The notes beneath the pieces were generated by a model. That model was not told the DNA's origin. It searched no databases and worked only from the letters and a program-made list of their open reading frames with translations. Below, in pieces: positions 24,850-36,581 of a stretch of DNA of 64,000 nucleotides. The DNA comes from Squalus acanthias (taxonomy: Eukaryota): NCBI GenBank assembly GCA_030390025.1, contig CM059438.1:63366001-63430000 (forward strand), given 5' to 3'. Each line of letters starts with the position of its first letter. The first letter of the stretch is position 1. The position numbers were made by a program, and so were the translations under genes.

Positions 24850-27800
24850 TCAGTACCCTGTCCCTGCTTTCTCCCCATATCCCTTGATCCCTTTAGACTT
24901 TAGAAATATATCGAACTCCTTCTTGAATATATTTAATGAATTGGCCTCAACTGCCTTCTGTGGTAGAGAATTCCACAGGTTCACCACTCTCTGGGTGAAG
25001 AAATTCCTCCTCATCTCAGTCCTAAATGGCTTACCCCTTATCCTTAGACTGTGACCTCTGGTTCTGGACTCCCCCGCCATCGGGAACATCCTTCCTGCAT
25101 CTAGTCTGTCTAGTGCTGTCAGAATTTTATAAGTTTCAATGAGATCCCCTCTCATTCTTCTAAACTCTAGCGAATATAAGCCTAATCGACCCAATCTCTC
25201 CTCATACGTCATTCCTGCAATCCCAGGTATCAGTCTGGTGAATCTTTGCTGCACTCTCTCCATGGCAAGAACATCCTTCCTCAGATAAGGTGACCAAAAC
25301 TGCACACAATACTCAAGGTGTGGTCTCATCAAGGCCCTGTACAACTGCAGCAAGACATCCTTGCTCCTGTACTCGAATCCTCTCGCTATGAAGGCCAACA
25401 TACCATTTGCCTTCTTAACCGCCTGCTGCACCTGCATGCTTATCTTCAGCGACTGGTGCACAAGGACACCCAGGTCTCGTTGCACTTCCCCTTTTCCCAA
25501 TCTATTGCCGTTCAGATAATAATCTGTCTTCCTGTTTTTGCCACCAAAGCATTTATCCACATTATACTGCATCTGCCATGCATCTGCCCAATCACCCAAC
25601 CTGTCCAAATCATATTGGAGTTTCTCTGCATCCTCCTCACAGCACACACGCCCACCCAGCTTTGTGTCGTCTGCAAACTTGGAGATATTACATCTAGTTC
25701 CCTCGTCTAGATCATTAATAATTGTGAATAGCTGGGGTCCTAGCACCGATCCCTGCGGTACCCCACTAGTCACTGCCTGCCACTCGGAAAAAGACCCGTT
25801 TATTCCAACTCTTTGCTTCCTGTCTGCCAACCAGTTCTCTATCCAAGTCAGTACCTTACCCCCAATCCCATGAGCTTTAACTTTGCATGCTAATCTCTTA
25901 TGCGGGACCTTACCGAAAGCCTTCTGAAAGTCCAAATACACCACACCCACTGGTTCTCCCTTATCTATCCTACCAGTTACATCCTCAAAAAATTCCAGTA
26001 GATTAGTCAAGCATGATTTACCTTTTGTAAATCCATGTTGACTTTGTCCGAACCTGTCACTGTTTTCCAAGTGCTCTGCTATGACGTCTTTTATAATGGC
26101 CTCGAGCATTTTCCCCACTACCGATGTCAGGCTTACCGGTCTATAGTTCCCCGTTTACTCTCTACCACCTATTTTAAATAGTGGGGTTACATTAGCTACC
26201 CTGCAATCCATGGGAACTATTCCAGAGTCTATAGAATTTTGGAAGATGACCAGCAATGCATCTACTATTTCTAGAGCCACTTTCTTAAGTACCCTAGGAT
26301 GTAGATTATCAGGCCCTGGGGATTTATCGGCCTTCAATCCCGTCAATTTCCCTAACACCATTTCCCTACAAATACTGATTTCATTCAATTCCTCCCTCTC
26401 ATTAGACCCTATGTTTCCCGACATCTCTGGGGGGTTATTTGTGTCCTCCTTTGTGAAGACATAACCAAAGTATGTATTTAATTGGTCTGCCATTTCTTTG
26501 TTCCCCATTATAAATTCCCCTGATTCTGACTGCAAGGGACCTACGCTTGACTTCACCAATCTTTTTCTCTTCACATATCTATAGAAGCTTTTACAGTCAG
26601 TTTTTATGTTCCCTGTAAGCTTACTCTCATTCTATTTTTCCCCTGTTAATCAATCCCTTTGTCCTCCTTTGCTGAATCCTAAACTGTTCCCAATCCTCAG
26701 GTTTGCTGCTTTTTCTGGCCAATTTATATGTCCTCTCCTTGGATCTTATGCTATCCCTAATTTCCCTTGTTAGCCACGGTTGAGTCACTTTTTTGTTTTA
26801 TTTTTATGCCAAACAGGGATGAACAAATTCTGTAGTTCATCCATGCGATCTTTAAATTTTTGCCATTGCCTATCCACCGTCAACCCTTTAAGTAACGCTC
26901 CCCAATCCATCCTCGAACAACTCGCGCCTCATACCATCGTAGTTTCCATTATTTAAATTCAGGACCCTAGTCTCTGAGTCAACTACTTCACTCTCCATCT
27001 TAATGAAGAATTCTATCATATTATGATCACTCCTCGCCAAGGGGCCTCGCACAACAAGATTGCTAATTCATTCTTTCTCATTACATAATATCCAGTCTAA
27101 GATGGCCTGATCTCTAGTTGGTTCCTCGACATATTGGTCCAGGAAACCATCCCATATACACTCTAGGAATTCCTCCTCCACAGTATTGTTACTAATTTGG
27201 TTAGCCCAATCTATATGTAGATTAAAGTCACCCATGATAACTGCTGTGCCCTTATTGCACGCATCTCTAATTTCCCGTTTAATGCCATGTCGAACGAACC
27301 TCGGCATTACTGTTTGGGGGTCTGTATACAACTCCCACTAACGTTTTCTGCCCCTTGGTATTTCTCAGCTCTACCCATACAGATTCCACATCATCAGAGC
27401 TAATGGGCCAAAAATTCATCCCGGTGCGCGAGAGTACGCACTGCGTACACTCGCGCATTCCCTCTGCAATTGCCGGTTTTCTGCATGCCCTGCGCATGCG
27501 CTGAAAACCGGCAATTGCTCTTTTGAAAAGGGGTCGGTTCCTCGGTGCATCGCGTGCGCGCTACAGGCTGCGCGCACGCTGTGCACTTCATGCTTTGGAC
27601 GCGCAGGTAAGTACTGAAGATTTTAGAAATGGAAAAAGGAGGAGTAAGACCCACTTTTAACAAGGTAAGTAGTGAATTAAGTATTTTTTTGAATTTTTTT
27701 TAACAGGTATATCTTTTTTAGAGACTTTAAAGACAGGTAAGTTTATTTTTATAACTTTTTAAAAGATTTTAAATTTTTTCAAAAATTTAATTTTTTATTT

Positions 27801-28400
27801 AAAATAGTTAATTTATTTAACTATACTTATTTTATTAATGTGATGGTTTTTTTTTTAAATTTAATTGAGGTTTAGCTGTTATTTTGGGGGGGTGTAGGAT
27901 TCATAGATTTCACAGCACGTATGTGAAACTTATGAATGGAAGATGGTGTGCTGCCATTGGCTCTAACTGAGTCACGTGATCCCACAGCTCGCACGAATTC
28001 ACTACGCCAGTGGGATACGCAAGCACTGCCCGGCTGATGTCTGGAACATCAAGTTCGTGCGAGCTGGATCTGAAAAAGCACAAGCAGAGTGAGAGATCGC
28101 GGGAAAGGCTTACCCCCGCGGGAACAGAGCGAGATCAATTTCTGGGCCATTATCCTTCCTTACTATTGTGTTAACCTCCTCTTTAACCAGCAATGCTACC
28201 CCACCTCCTTTTCCTTTTTGCCTGTCCTTCCTGAATATTGAATACCTCTGGATGTTGAATTCCCAGCCTTGGTCACCCTGGAGCCATGTCTCCGTAATTC
28301 CAATTATACCATATCCGTTTACATCTATTTGCGCAGCTAATTCATCCACCTTATTACGAATGCTCCTCGCATTAAGACACAAAGCCTTCGGGCTTGTTTT
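24850..28400 (-). pseudogene. CR1 ORF2 (APE endonuclease plus reverse transcriptase), disrupted
   Basis: ORF pieces 28110-28382, 27068-27331, 26155-26574, 24850-26118; frameshifts and a MITE insertion. Confidence 0.9.
27405..28148 (+). mobile_element. Non-autonomous Harbinger-type element (hairpin-rich family), copy 1
   Basis: TIRs GGGCCAAAAATT / AATTTCTGGGCC, flanks AAT/ATT; the CR1 endonuclease sequence resumes on both sides. Confidence 0.85.
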
Positions 28401-28567
28401 TTTTACACTCTTAGTCCTTTTAGAATTATTATTTACTGTAGCCCTGTTTGATTTACACCCTTGATTTCTCTGCCTTCCACTTTTGCTTTTCTCCTTCCTG
28501 TCTTTTGTTTCTATCCTGGCTTCCCTTTCCTCTGTCTCCCTGCACAGGTTCCCAACCCCCTGCCATT

Positions 28568-29515
28568 TTAGTTTAAACCCTCCCCAACAGCACTAGCAAA
28601 CACTCCCCCTAGGACATCGGTCCCGGTGCTGCCCAGATGCAAACCGTCCAGTTTGTACTGGTCCCACCTCCCCCAGAACCGGTTCCAATGTCCCAGGAAT
28701 TTGAATCCCTTCCCCTTGCACCATTCCTCTAGCCACGTATTCATCTGAAATATCCTTCTATTTCTACTCTGTCTAGCACATGGCACTGGTAGCAATCCTG
28801 AGATTACTACCTTTGAGGTCCTATTTTTTAATTTACCTCCTAACTCCCTATATTCAGCTTTTAGGACCTCATCCCATTTTTTACCTATATCATTGGTGCC
28901 TATGTGTACCACGACAACTGGTTGTTCACCCGCCCCCTCCAGAATGCCCTGCAGCCACCTCGAGACATCCTTGACCCTTGCACCAGGGAGGCAACATACC
29001 ATCCTGGAGTCTCGTTTTCAGCCGCAGAAACGCCTATCTATTCCCCTTACAATAGAATCCCCTATCACTATAGCTCTCCCACTCTTTTTCCTCCCGTCCT
29101 GTGCAGCAGAACCACCCATGGTGTCAGGAAGTTGGCTGCTGCTGCCTTCCGATAAGCCATCTCCCTCAACAATATCCAAAGTGGTATATCTGTTTGAGAG
29201 GGGGATGGCCACAGGGAACCCCTGCACTACCTGCCTGCACCTACTATGCTGCCTGGCGGTCACCCATTCCCTTCCTGCTTCTGCAGCCTTTACCTGCGGA
29301 GTGACCAACCCATTAAACGTGCTATCCACGATGTCCTCAGCATCGCAAATGCTCCAGTATGTATCCATTCGCAGCTCCAGCGCTGCAATGCGGTCTGCCA
29401 GTAGCTGCAGCTGGATACACTCCCCGCACACATGGTCGTCAGGGACACAGGAAGTGTCCCTGATTTCCCACATAGCGCAGGAGGAGCATGCCACGGGGCC
29501 GAGCTGTGCTGCCAT
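28568..29515 (-). pseudogene. CR1 ORF1: zinc finger/leucine zipper plus SGNH (GDSL-type) esterase, one premature stop
   Basis: CSSC..CGEC finger, VIGDSIVRG, VHIGTND, DGLHL motifs; in-frame TGA at 29018-29020 joins the two ORFs. Confidence 0.88.
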
Positions 29516-29904
29516 GACTTACCCTTTAATTAATTAATTTAAATTAAATTAATTCAAATCAATACCACTAATTACACTACAATTAAATGATATACTCAAG
29601 GGCCCTTGGTTACTTGCACTCCCCGCTACACAACAGAGACCTTAGAAACTATAACCACAAAAATTAAGACCTTCTAAATTTTATAAACTATTAATCTTAA
29701 CTGTCAAACTATAGAGTAGTATAAATACTCACCTGGCCGTACTCACCCAATCAGCTGCTTCCTCTTGCCCGCGTCACTTTTTGAATCGTGACGTGGCTCT
29801 GGAACGCCGCCGCCGGTCTGTGAGATTGGTAAGCCTGAGTAAAAGAGCCCGCGAAAGTGAGTTTAAATACTCACCGGCTTCTCCCGACACTGAGCATAAA
29901 CACG

Positions 29905-30510
29905 CTGCATCTAGAGGAACAGAATTGAAAAGCAGAGAGATTATTTCTGGAGGAATAGAATTGAAATGCATAGAGGTTATGCTAAACTTGTATTGAACCT
30001 TGGCTAGATCACACTTAGAGATGGCTGTCCTTCATCTAGACGTAGCGCCGAATCCAGACCGGAGAGGTTATAACTATCAGGAAAGACTGAACAGGCTGGG
30101 GCTCTATTCTCTAGAATAAAAGACTGAGGGTGACCTAAATAGAGGTCTTTAAAATTATGAAGGGGTTTGATAGGGTAGACGTAGAGAAGATGTTTCCACT
30201 TGTGGGGAGTCCAAAACAAGGGGTCATCAATATAAGATAGACACTAATAAATCCAATAAGGAAATCAGCAGAAACTTCTTTATCCAGAGAGTGGTTAGAA
30301 TGTTGAACTCTTTACTTCAGGGAATAGTTGAGGTGAATAGCTAAGATGCATTTAAGGGGAAACTAGATAAGTACATGAAGGAGAAAGGAATAGAAGGATA
30401 TGCTGAAAGGGCAAGATGAAATAGAGTGGGAGGAGGCTTGTGTGGAGCATAAACTCCGGCATGGACCACTTGGGCCAAAAGGCCTGTTTCTGTGCTTTAA
30501 ATTCTACGTA
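29905..30510 (+). mobile_element. CR1 3' fragment, degenerate
   Basis: Homologous to 7030-7940. Confidence 0.8.
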
Positions 30511-31254
30511 ATCTCCAGTTAATATTTTGCTCTTATGGTAATAAAATTGCATGCTGGCTTTAGACTTGCCAACTCGCAAAATTATTAGTGTCCAAATGTC
30601 TATCACCATTCTGGGACTTAGCCATATCCTCTCAAACATGCAGTAATTGCATTGAGTAAAAGTGCACCTTCACTTCGTACTTGAAATGCTTGTGTTCCAC
30701 ACACGCACGATTCTTTCTGAATCCATAACCTTGTGTATTTTCTCTGCCGTTTTATGACAAGCAAGCTGCAGTAGATTGTTCTCAGACAGCCCTCTCTCTC
30801 TCTCTCTCTGCAGCCAAGATGTATTGGAGTATGTTTACTTGGTAACCATGGTTACTCGGGTCCGTTTGCCTGAAGCGGAGCTGGTCAATAAGTTTGTGCA
30901 GGTCAGGTCCTGATGTACCTGTAAAACTGAGCAAATAGAAACCAGCTCTAAGGTCCAAAATCACCTGGCTGTTCATTGTAAATCAGAGATGGGATGGGGG
31001 TCTGTCATTTCAAGACTGAATGCACCCTTTTCCCACCAATGCGACTGCCGGTCACAGTTAAAATGAAGACTTGCTAACACAGTGACAGGACCAGCACTGA
31101 CTTAGTCACAAATAAACTGAACCCAGTAATGATTTGCTTAGAGCATATATTTGTTAATATAAAACCTATTTAACAAAGGTTTACTGCTGCTATTTAAGGA
31201 GATAAATGAGAAGTCGCACAACACCAGGTTATAGTCCAACAAATTTATTTAAAA

Positions 31255-31292
31255 TTACAAGCTTTCGGAGCTGTCGCCCCTTCCTCAGGTAA
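31255..31292 (-). ncRNA. Minimal type I hammerhead ribozyme motif
   Basis: Minus strand: TTAC-CTGAGGA-A-GGGGC/gaca/GCTCC-GAAA-GCTT-GTAA. Confidence 0.7.
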
Positions 31293-32343
31293 AGTTACAA
31301 TGAGTGAATCTACAATATTTCACAGTATATAAACACAGAAACTGCAGATATACAATCTTTCAGGGAAGGTGTCCTTACATCAAAGACACACCATGAGCAC
31401 AGCCAAGACAATGAGATGTGTCACAGGGGGTCCAACGTGTCAAATCCTGCTGTCTGCAGTGTTTTTTTTTGTTTTTTTGTGTGTTTTTTTTGGGGTTTGT
31501 TTTTTTTGTGTGTTTTTAAAAACTGGAAAGACAGACAACGATGTCGAGTCACGTTCTGTAGCGTGACATGAACCCGATATCCCTATTGAGGCCGTCCTCA
31601 TGGGTGCGGAACTTGGCTATCAGTTTCTGCTCGATGATTTTGCGTTGTCGTGTGTCTCGAAGGCCGCCTTGGAGAACGCTAACCCGCAGATCTGAGGCTG
31701 AATGTCCTTGACTGCTGAAGTGTTCACCGACTGGGAGGTAGCAATCCTGCCTGGCGATTGTTGCGCGGTGTCTGTTCATACGTTGTCTCAGTGTCTGCAT
31801 GGTCTCGCCGATGTACCATGTGTCGGCGAGACCATGCAGACACTGAGACAACGTATGAACGGACACCGCGCAACAATCGCCAGTCAGGATTGTCGCCTCC
31901 CAGTCGGGGAACACTTCAGCAGTCAAGGACATTCAGCCTCGGATCTGCAGGTTAGCGTTCTCCAAGGCGGCCTTCGAGACACACGACAACGCAAAATCAT
32001 CGAGCAGAAACTGATAGCCAAGTTCCGCACCCATGAGGACGGCCTCAATAGGGATATCGGGTTCATGTCACGCTACAGAACGTGACTCAACATCGTTGTC
32101 TGTCTTTCCAGTTTTAAAAAAAGACACAAAAAAAACAACCCCCCCAAAAAAACACACAAAAAAACAAAAAAAAACACTGCAGACAGCAGGATTTGACACG
32201 TTGGACCCCCTGTGACACATCTCATTGTCTTGGCTGTGCTCTTGGTGTGTCTTTGATGTAAGGACACCTTCCCTGAAAGATTGTATCTCTGCAGTTTCTG
32301 TGTTTATATACTGTGAAATATTGTAGATTCACTTATTGTAACT

Positions 32344-32381
32344 TTACCTGAGGAAGGGGCGATAGCTCCGAAAGCTTGTAA
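32344..32381 (+). ncRNA. Minimal type I hammerhead ribozyme motif
   Basis: TTAC-CTGAGGA-A-GGGGC/gata/GCTCC-GAAA-GCTT-GTAA; stem I TTAC:GTAA, palindromic AAGCTT stem III. Confidence 0.7.
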
Positions 32382-32749
32382 TTTTAAATAAATCTGTTGG
32401 ACTATAACCTGGTGTTGTGCGACTTCTCATTTTTGTCCACCCCAGTCCAACGCCGGCATCTCCGCATCATTTAAGGAGATGTTATAGATAATAGTAGTCC
32501 TTGGTAGGAAGTTGCGGGGGTGGGAGGGGGGTTGAGGGAGGAGTGAAATCTGTTTTTATATTTACTTTCTGCTAATTTAAATCTTTGACCTTTTTTCTAC
32601 TGGCCCAACCAACCTAAAGTACTATTACGGGTCCGTCTGATCTATGCTGTTGAATGCTTCATATACCTGAGGTCCCCCTTAACTGTCACACAAGAATGTG
32701 AAGCTGAATGAACCCTTTCTCATCTTTCCTGATATCTCATCCATTCCAC

Positions 32750-33545
32750 ATTTGGGATCAGTTTTGTATTTTTGTTATCCCATTCCAGTGCATATCTGCC
32801 CCTTGTGAAGTATAATAACCAGGACTGTATACTGTCCTCCAAATGAGGTCTGATCAGTGTGTAACTTCTGTTGACTTATATTCCGCTCTTCTGCCTTTGT
32901 GTCCCAACATTCTATGTTGCTTTTTGAATTAGCTTTTTTCTTCCAATATCATAGAATCTGACAGCACATTCGGCCCATTGTGCCTGTGCCGGCTCTTTGA
33001 AAGAGCTATCCACTCCCCTGCTCTTTTCTCCAGAGCCCTGCAAACTTTTCCTTTTCAAGTATATATCCAATTCCCTTTTGAAAGTTACTATCGAATCTGC
33101 TTCCATCACCCTTTCAGGCAGCGCGTTCCAGATCACAACAACTCGATGCGTAAAAAAAATTCTCATCTCCTTCCTGCCTTTTTTGCCAATGCTGTGCAAT
33201 AGTTTGCATTTTCCAGTATTTAGATTAAATGTGCCATTTGTCTGCCCAATTGCACAACAGATATAAATCCTCCAGTGTATGAGCAATTTGAGACATAACA
33301 TGGGGTGAGTGCAGCGTGCTTGGGAGGAACAGGTCACTTTGGAGCTATGGTTACCAAAGCTCTCCATCACTGGGGGTTTTCCTCGCCTCATGCCTGGCTC
33401 TGTTGTAGACTAATTGAGAGAGATTGATTGCCAATGTTTAGTCAGCAACTCCATTATCATTGTACCATGTGACTATTAGGATGGTAGAAGGTGAACTAGA
33501 TGGACCGGGTCTTTTCTCATCTAGAAATTCCTACGTTCCTATGTC
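32750..33545. mobile_element. Cluster of degenerate CR1 fragments
   Basis: FFTHRVVVIWNALPE motif on the minus strand (32948-33170), flanked by older CR1-like pieces. Confidence 0.65.
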
Positions 33546-33753
33546 CGTCCTGATAAACCCTAACTGTATACTCAATCCCAACTGTACTCCCTATTTTAAG
33601 TGTCATCTAAAAATTCAACACAGATCACATTGGGTTTCTACATCCGGGACATTTATGTAGATAAGAAGCAACAAGTCTTCAAGTATTAACTCCAGTGGAA
33701 CTTTATTCACCCCCTTCCCCAGTCTGACACTAAACTGTTCCTGAATACTCTCT

Positions 33754-34599
33754 GGGCTGGATTTTGTCAATGGGGGCGCGTTGGGGGAAAGGACTGCTGG
33801 TTTTCGCATTTTAGTTCCGCCCCCAATGACATCCGGCCAACCCACATTATTTTCCCTTGATTGACCTTGTTAAGCCCGCCCTGCGGGCTTAGCCGGCCAA
33901 TTAAGGGAAAGCCGGTGACAGAGGACGTCAGTGTATGACGTTTCATCTGTCAAAAACTTTTGACAGATGAATTGTCAGCGTTTGACAGCTTAGAGAAGCT
34001 GTCAAACACTTACAATCTCTGTTCTAAGGTGAGTCCTTGTACTGAAGACTCACCAAACCTCTTTCCTTAGCAGAAATCAGATGGCTGCTGCATCTGAGAA
34101 TGCAGCAGCCATTCTGTCATCTCTGCTGTTGAGATGAGGCATCTCCGGATCCCCAAGGGTTGAAACCTGCAGGAAGAAACAAAGGTAAGTAAACTTTTTC
34201 TAACACTTTACACTCGCCTCTCATACTTACCTCTCCACAATTGCACCCATCACTCACCTCCACAGCGCACTTTTCGATCCCTCTCACTCCCACAGTCCCA
34301 CTGCTCGCCTCGCTGACCCTGGCGAGGTTCGCAGCTGTCGGGAAGCCCACACTTGCAGGGGTAAAATGGGGATAAGCCTCTTAACTGTCTGTTAACTACC
34401 TGTTAACAGGCAGTTAAATGGCTGTAATCTCCTTCCCACCGCGAGGAGACGGGACCCTGCGCGACTCGGGGACCCGCCTCCTGGGAAGATGGCACGGAGG
34501 CGGGTTGGGAGCGGGTTCGGTACCCGCTCCCAGTTTCTGCCATTTTCCCAGCAGTCCCGCCTCCATACCCGCCTCCCCAGGGCTGGCAAAATTCCCCCC
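33754..34599. mobile_element. Non-autonomous Harbinger-type element
   Basis: Imperfect TIRs GGGCTGGATTTTG / CAAAATTCCCCCC; GC-rich subterminal CCCGCC repeats; no clean TSD. Confidence 0.7.
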
Positions 34600-34861
34600 A
34601 GCTGTTTCCTAGTTTTAATTAGGGTTTCTACGACCAATCCAGGAGAAAAAATATTGTGTGTTTTTAAAACATTTCTTTTAACACTTTTTTGTTTATTACT
34701 TATCAACCTATTAGAGATGGGGAAAAAAGGCTCCTTCATCAACCTAGGATATTTAAATACCTCCTCCTCCTTGGGTAAGCCAACCAACTTGATCGTACCT
34801 GAACCCAAATGAATTTCCAGGTTCAGCTTCTAATTTCAGCACTTTATTCTTAGCGTCGTGA

Positions 34862-35171
34862 AAAGAAAGAAAGAACTTGCATTTATATAGCGCCTTTCAT
34901 GGTCTCAGGACGTCCCAAAGCTCTTTACAGCCAGTGTAGCACTTTGGTGTCACTGTTGTAGTGTAGGGTCACATGGCAGCCAATTTGCGCACAGCAAGGC
35001 CCCACTAACAGCAATGAGGTAAAAGGCTGGATAAGTTGTTTTTATTGATGTTGGTTGAGGGATAAATATTGGCCAGGGCACCAGGGAGAAACCCCCCGCT
35101 CTTCTTCGAATAGTGCCGTGGGATCTTTTACGTCCACCTGAGAGAGTAGACGGGACCTCGGTTTAACGTCT
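34862..35171 (-). mobile_element. Deu-domain SINE, 5'-truncated
   Basis: Reverse complement of 11875-12182. Confidence 0.85.
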
Positions 35172-36581
35172 TATAAAATGATCTTCCTTACCCTAGGAGT
35201 GAGTCATATCGTAATGATACAACTGTGTTTTTTTTCTGATTCCGTTAATTATTTAGAAGAGAGTTGAGGAGGTAGCTAGAGAGGCAAGTTGTTGAAACCT
35301 GGCAGTTCTGCACAGATTGCTTCATTCCTAACCTTCGGGGGGCTGTCAGATAAGCAATATTTACACAGTATGGAAAGAAGCAGATGGCAGGAGAATCCCC
35401 GGACCTCTCAGATCAGGGAGTCACTGCCAGGGGAGATTAACTTGATTAAACTCACATCGAATCAGCACACTGTTATTTACTGCAATGGGTGGAATACATG
35501 TCCACTGTTTTACTAATTGCAGCTCCCAAGTGGAAACTGTTCGATTGGAGTGTGCTCGAGAATTGCACGATACAGCAGTGCCTGCTCAGATCACTTCTGG
35601 CATTGATTGAATTTTGTTTGTGTCCAAATGCTTTTCTCCGGGTTATTGTTCTTCTCTCAGTGCATGAAGCGTTTTATTTTTGGCTGGGATGGGTTAGCAA
35701 TGACATGGGGTGGTTTCGTTGAGCTTTATGTCCTTGGCAAATTCTGATAGATAGCGTTCCAAATTGTTGTTGCACGATAATTTCCGCACTGAAGGACGAA
35801 CGATTGGGATCTTCAATGAACAGTTAATTACCAGGAAATGACAGCCAGCATCGATCAGAAATAATGCATATTCTGAGTATATGTCTGGCAAATTCCACAT
35901 TCTGATTGGCTTCTGGCCATCCTTTCAGAGTTGAGAACACTCTGACTGTCTGGATCATACATACCTTAGTGAGATAAGTTACCACTATGGTCAGCCTTGG
36001 CTCAGTGGAAGCAATCTCACCTCTGAGTCAGCAGGTTATGGGTTCATAGTCCCACTCCAGAAACATTAAGGGGTAAAAATTCAGTTGGTTGCGCCTCCCG
36101 TTAGCGCCTTAAGAGGGCGCTAATGGGGCGCAAAGCCGCTAACGCCCGGGCGCAGCGATGTTTGCGCCGCTCGGGAACTTAACTAGAGATTGTGCGGCGG
36201 CGCTAAACCTTACCGCTGCGACCACCTGCGCGCGCAGATTGTGACGTCATTCCATGGTGCAACGCCCTTGTGGCGCCCCGGAGCGGAAATTGAGTGGCGC
36301 CCCCTGCCTTACCGCCTGGCGCATCCAACGACCGGAAGACTGGAACGCTATCAATCGCTGTGGGGCTGGGGGGGGGCGCTATTTAAAGGGGGCCTCTTCC
36401 TGTCTTTTTCTGTGGTGGACATTTTTGCACCACTCGTTCTGAGAGAGAGAGAGAGATTCGGAGAGAGAGAAAGAGAGACTTCTGCATTGACTCAACGCTT
36501 TGTGAGGTAGTTTTGCCTACTGATCCTAACTTCGCTAGTACTTTAGTTGCTGTCCTTCATTACTTTGCTTGCAAAGAGACT

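Larger units (their letters stand above)
24766..29890 (-). mobile_element. Near full-length CR1 LINE (5' UTR, ORF1, ORF2, 3' tail) interrupted by a MITE
   Basis: Colinear ORF1, APE endonuclease (CLNARSI, ITETWL, GDFN), RT (YLDFQKAF, GVPQGSVLGP, FADD) and 3' tail. Confidence 0.92.
31204..32470. mobile_element. Penelope-like element insertion forming a ~610-bp-arm inverted repeat
   Basis: Each arm encodes the C-terminal half of a GIY-YIG endonuclease (YIGET..LRQRMN.H..EHF..E..LI..F.T...GLN) plus 3' terminal region; ATTTAAGGAGAT direct repeat at 31192-31203 and 32469-32480. Confidence 0.92.

Noticed and set aside
31549..32085. Two intact 127-aa GIY-YIG genes
   Set aside because: Their N-terminal ~38 aa are the antisense of the other arm; the GIY motif and RT are absent.
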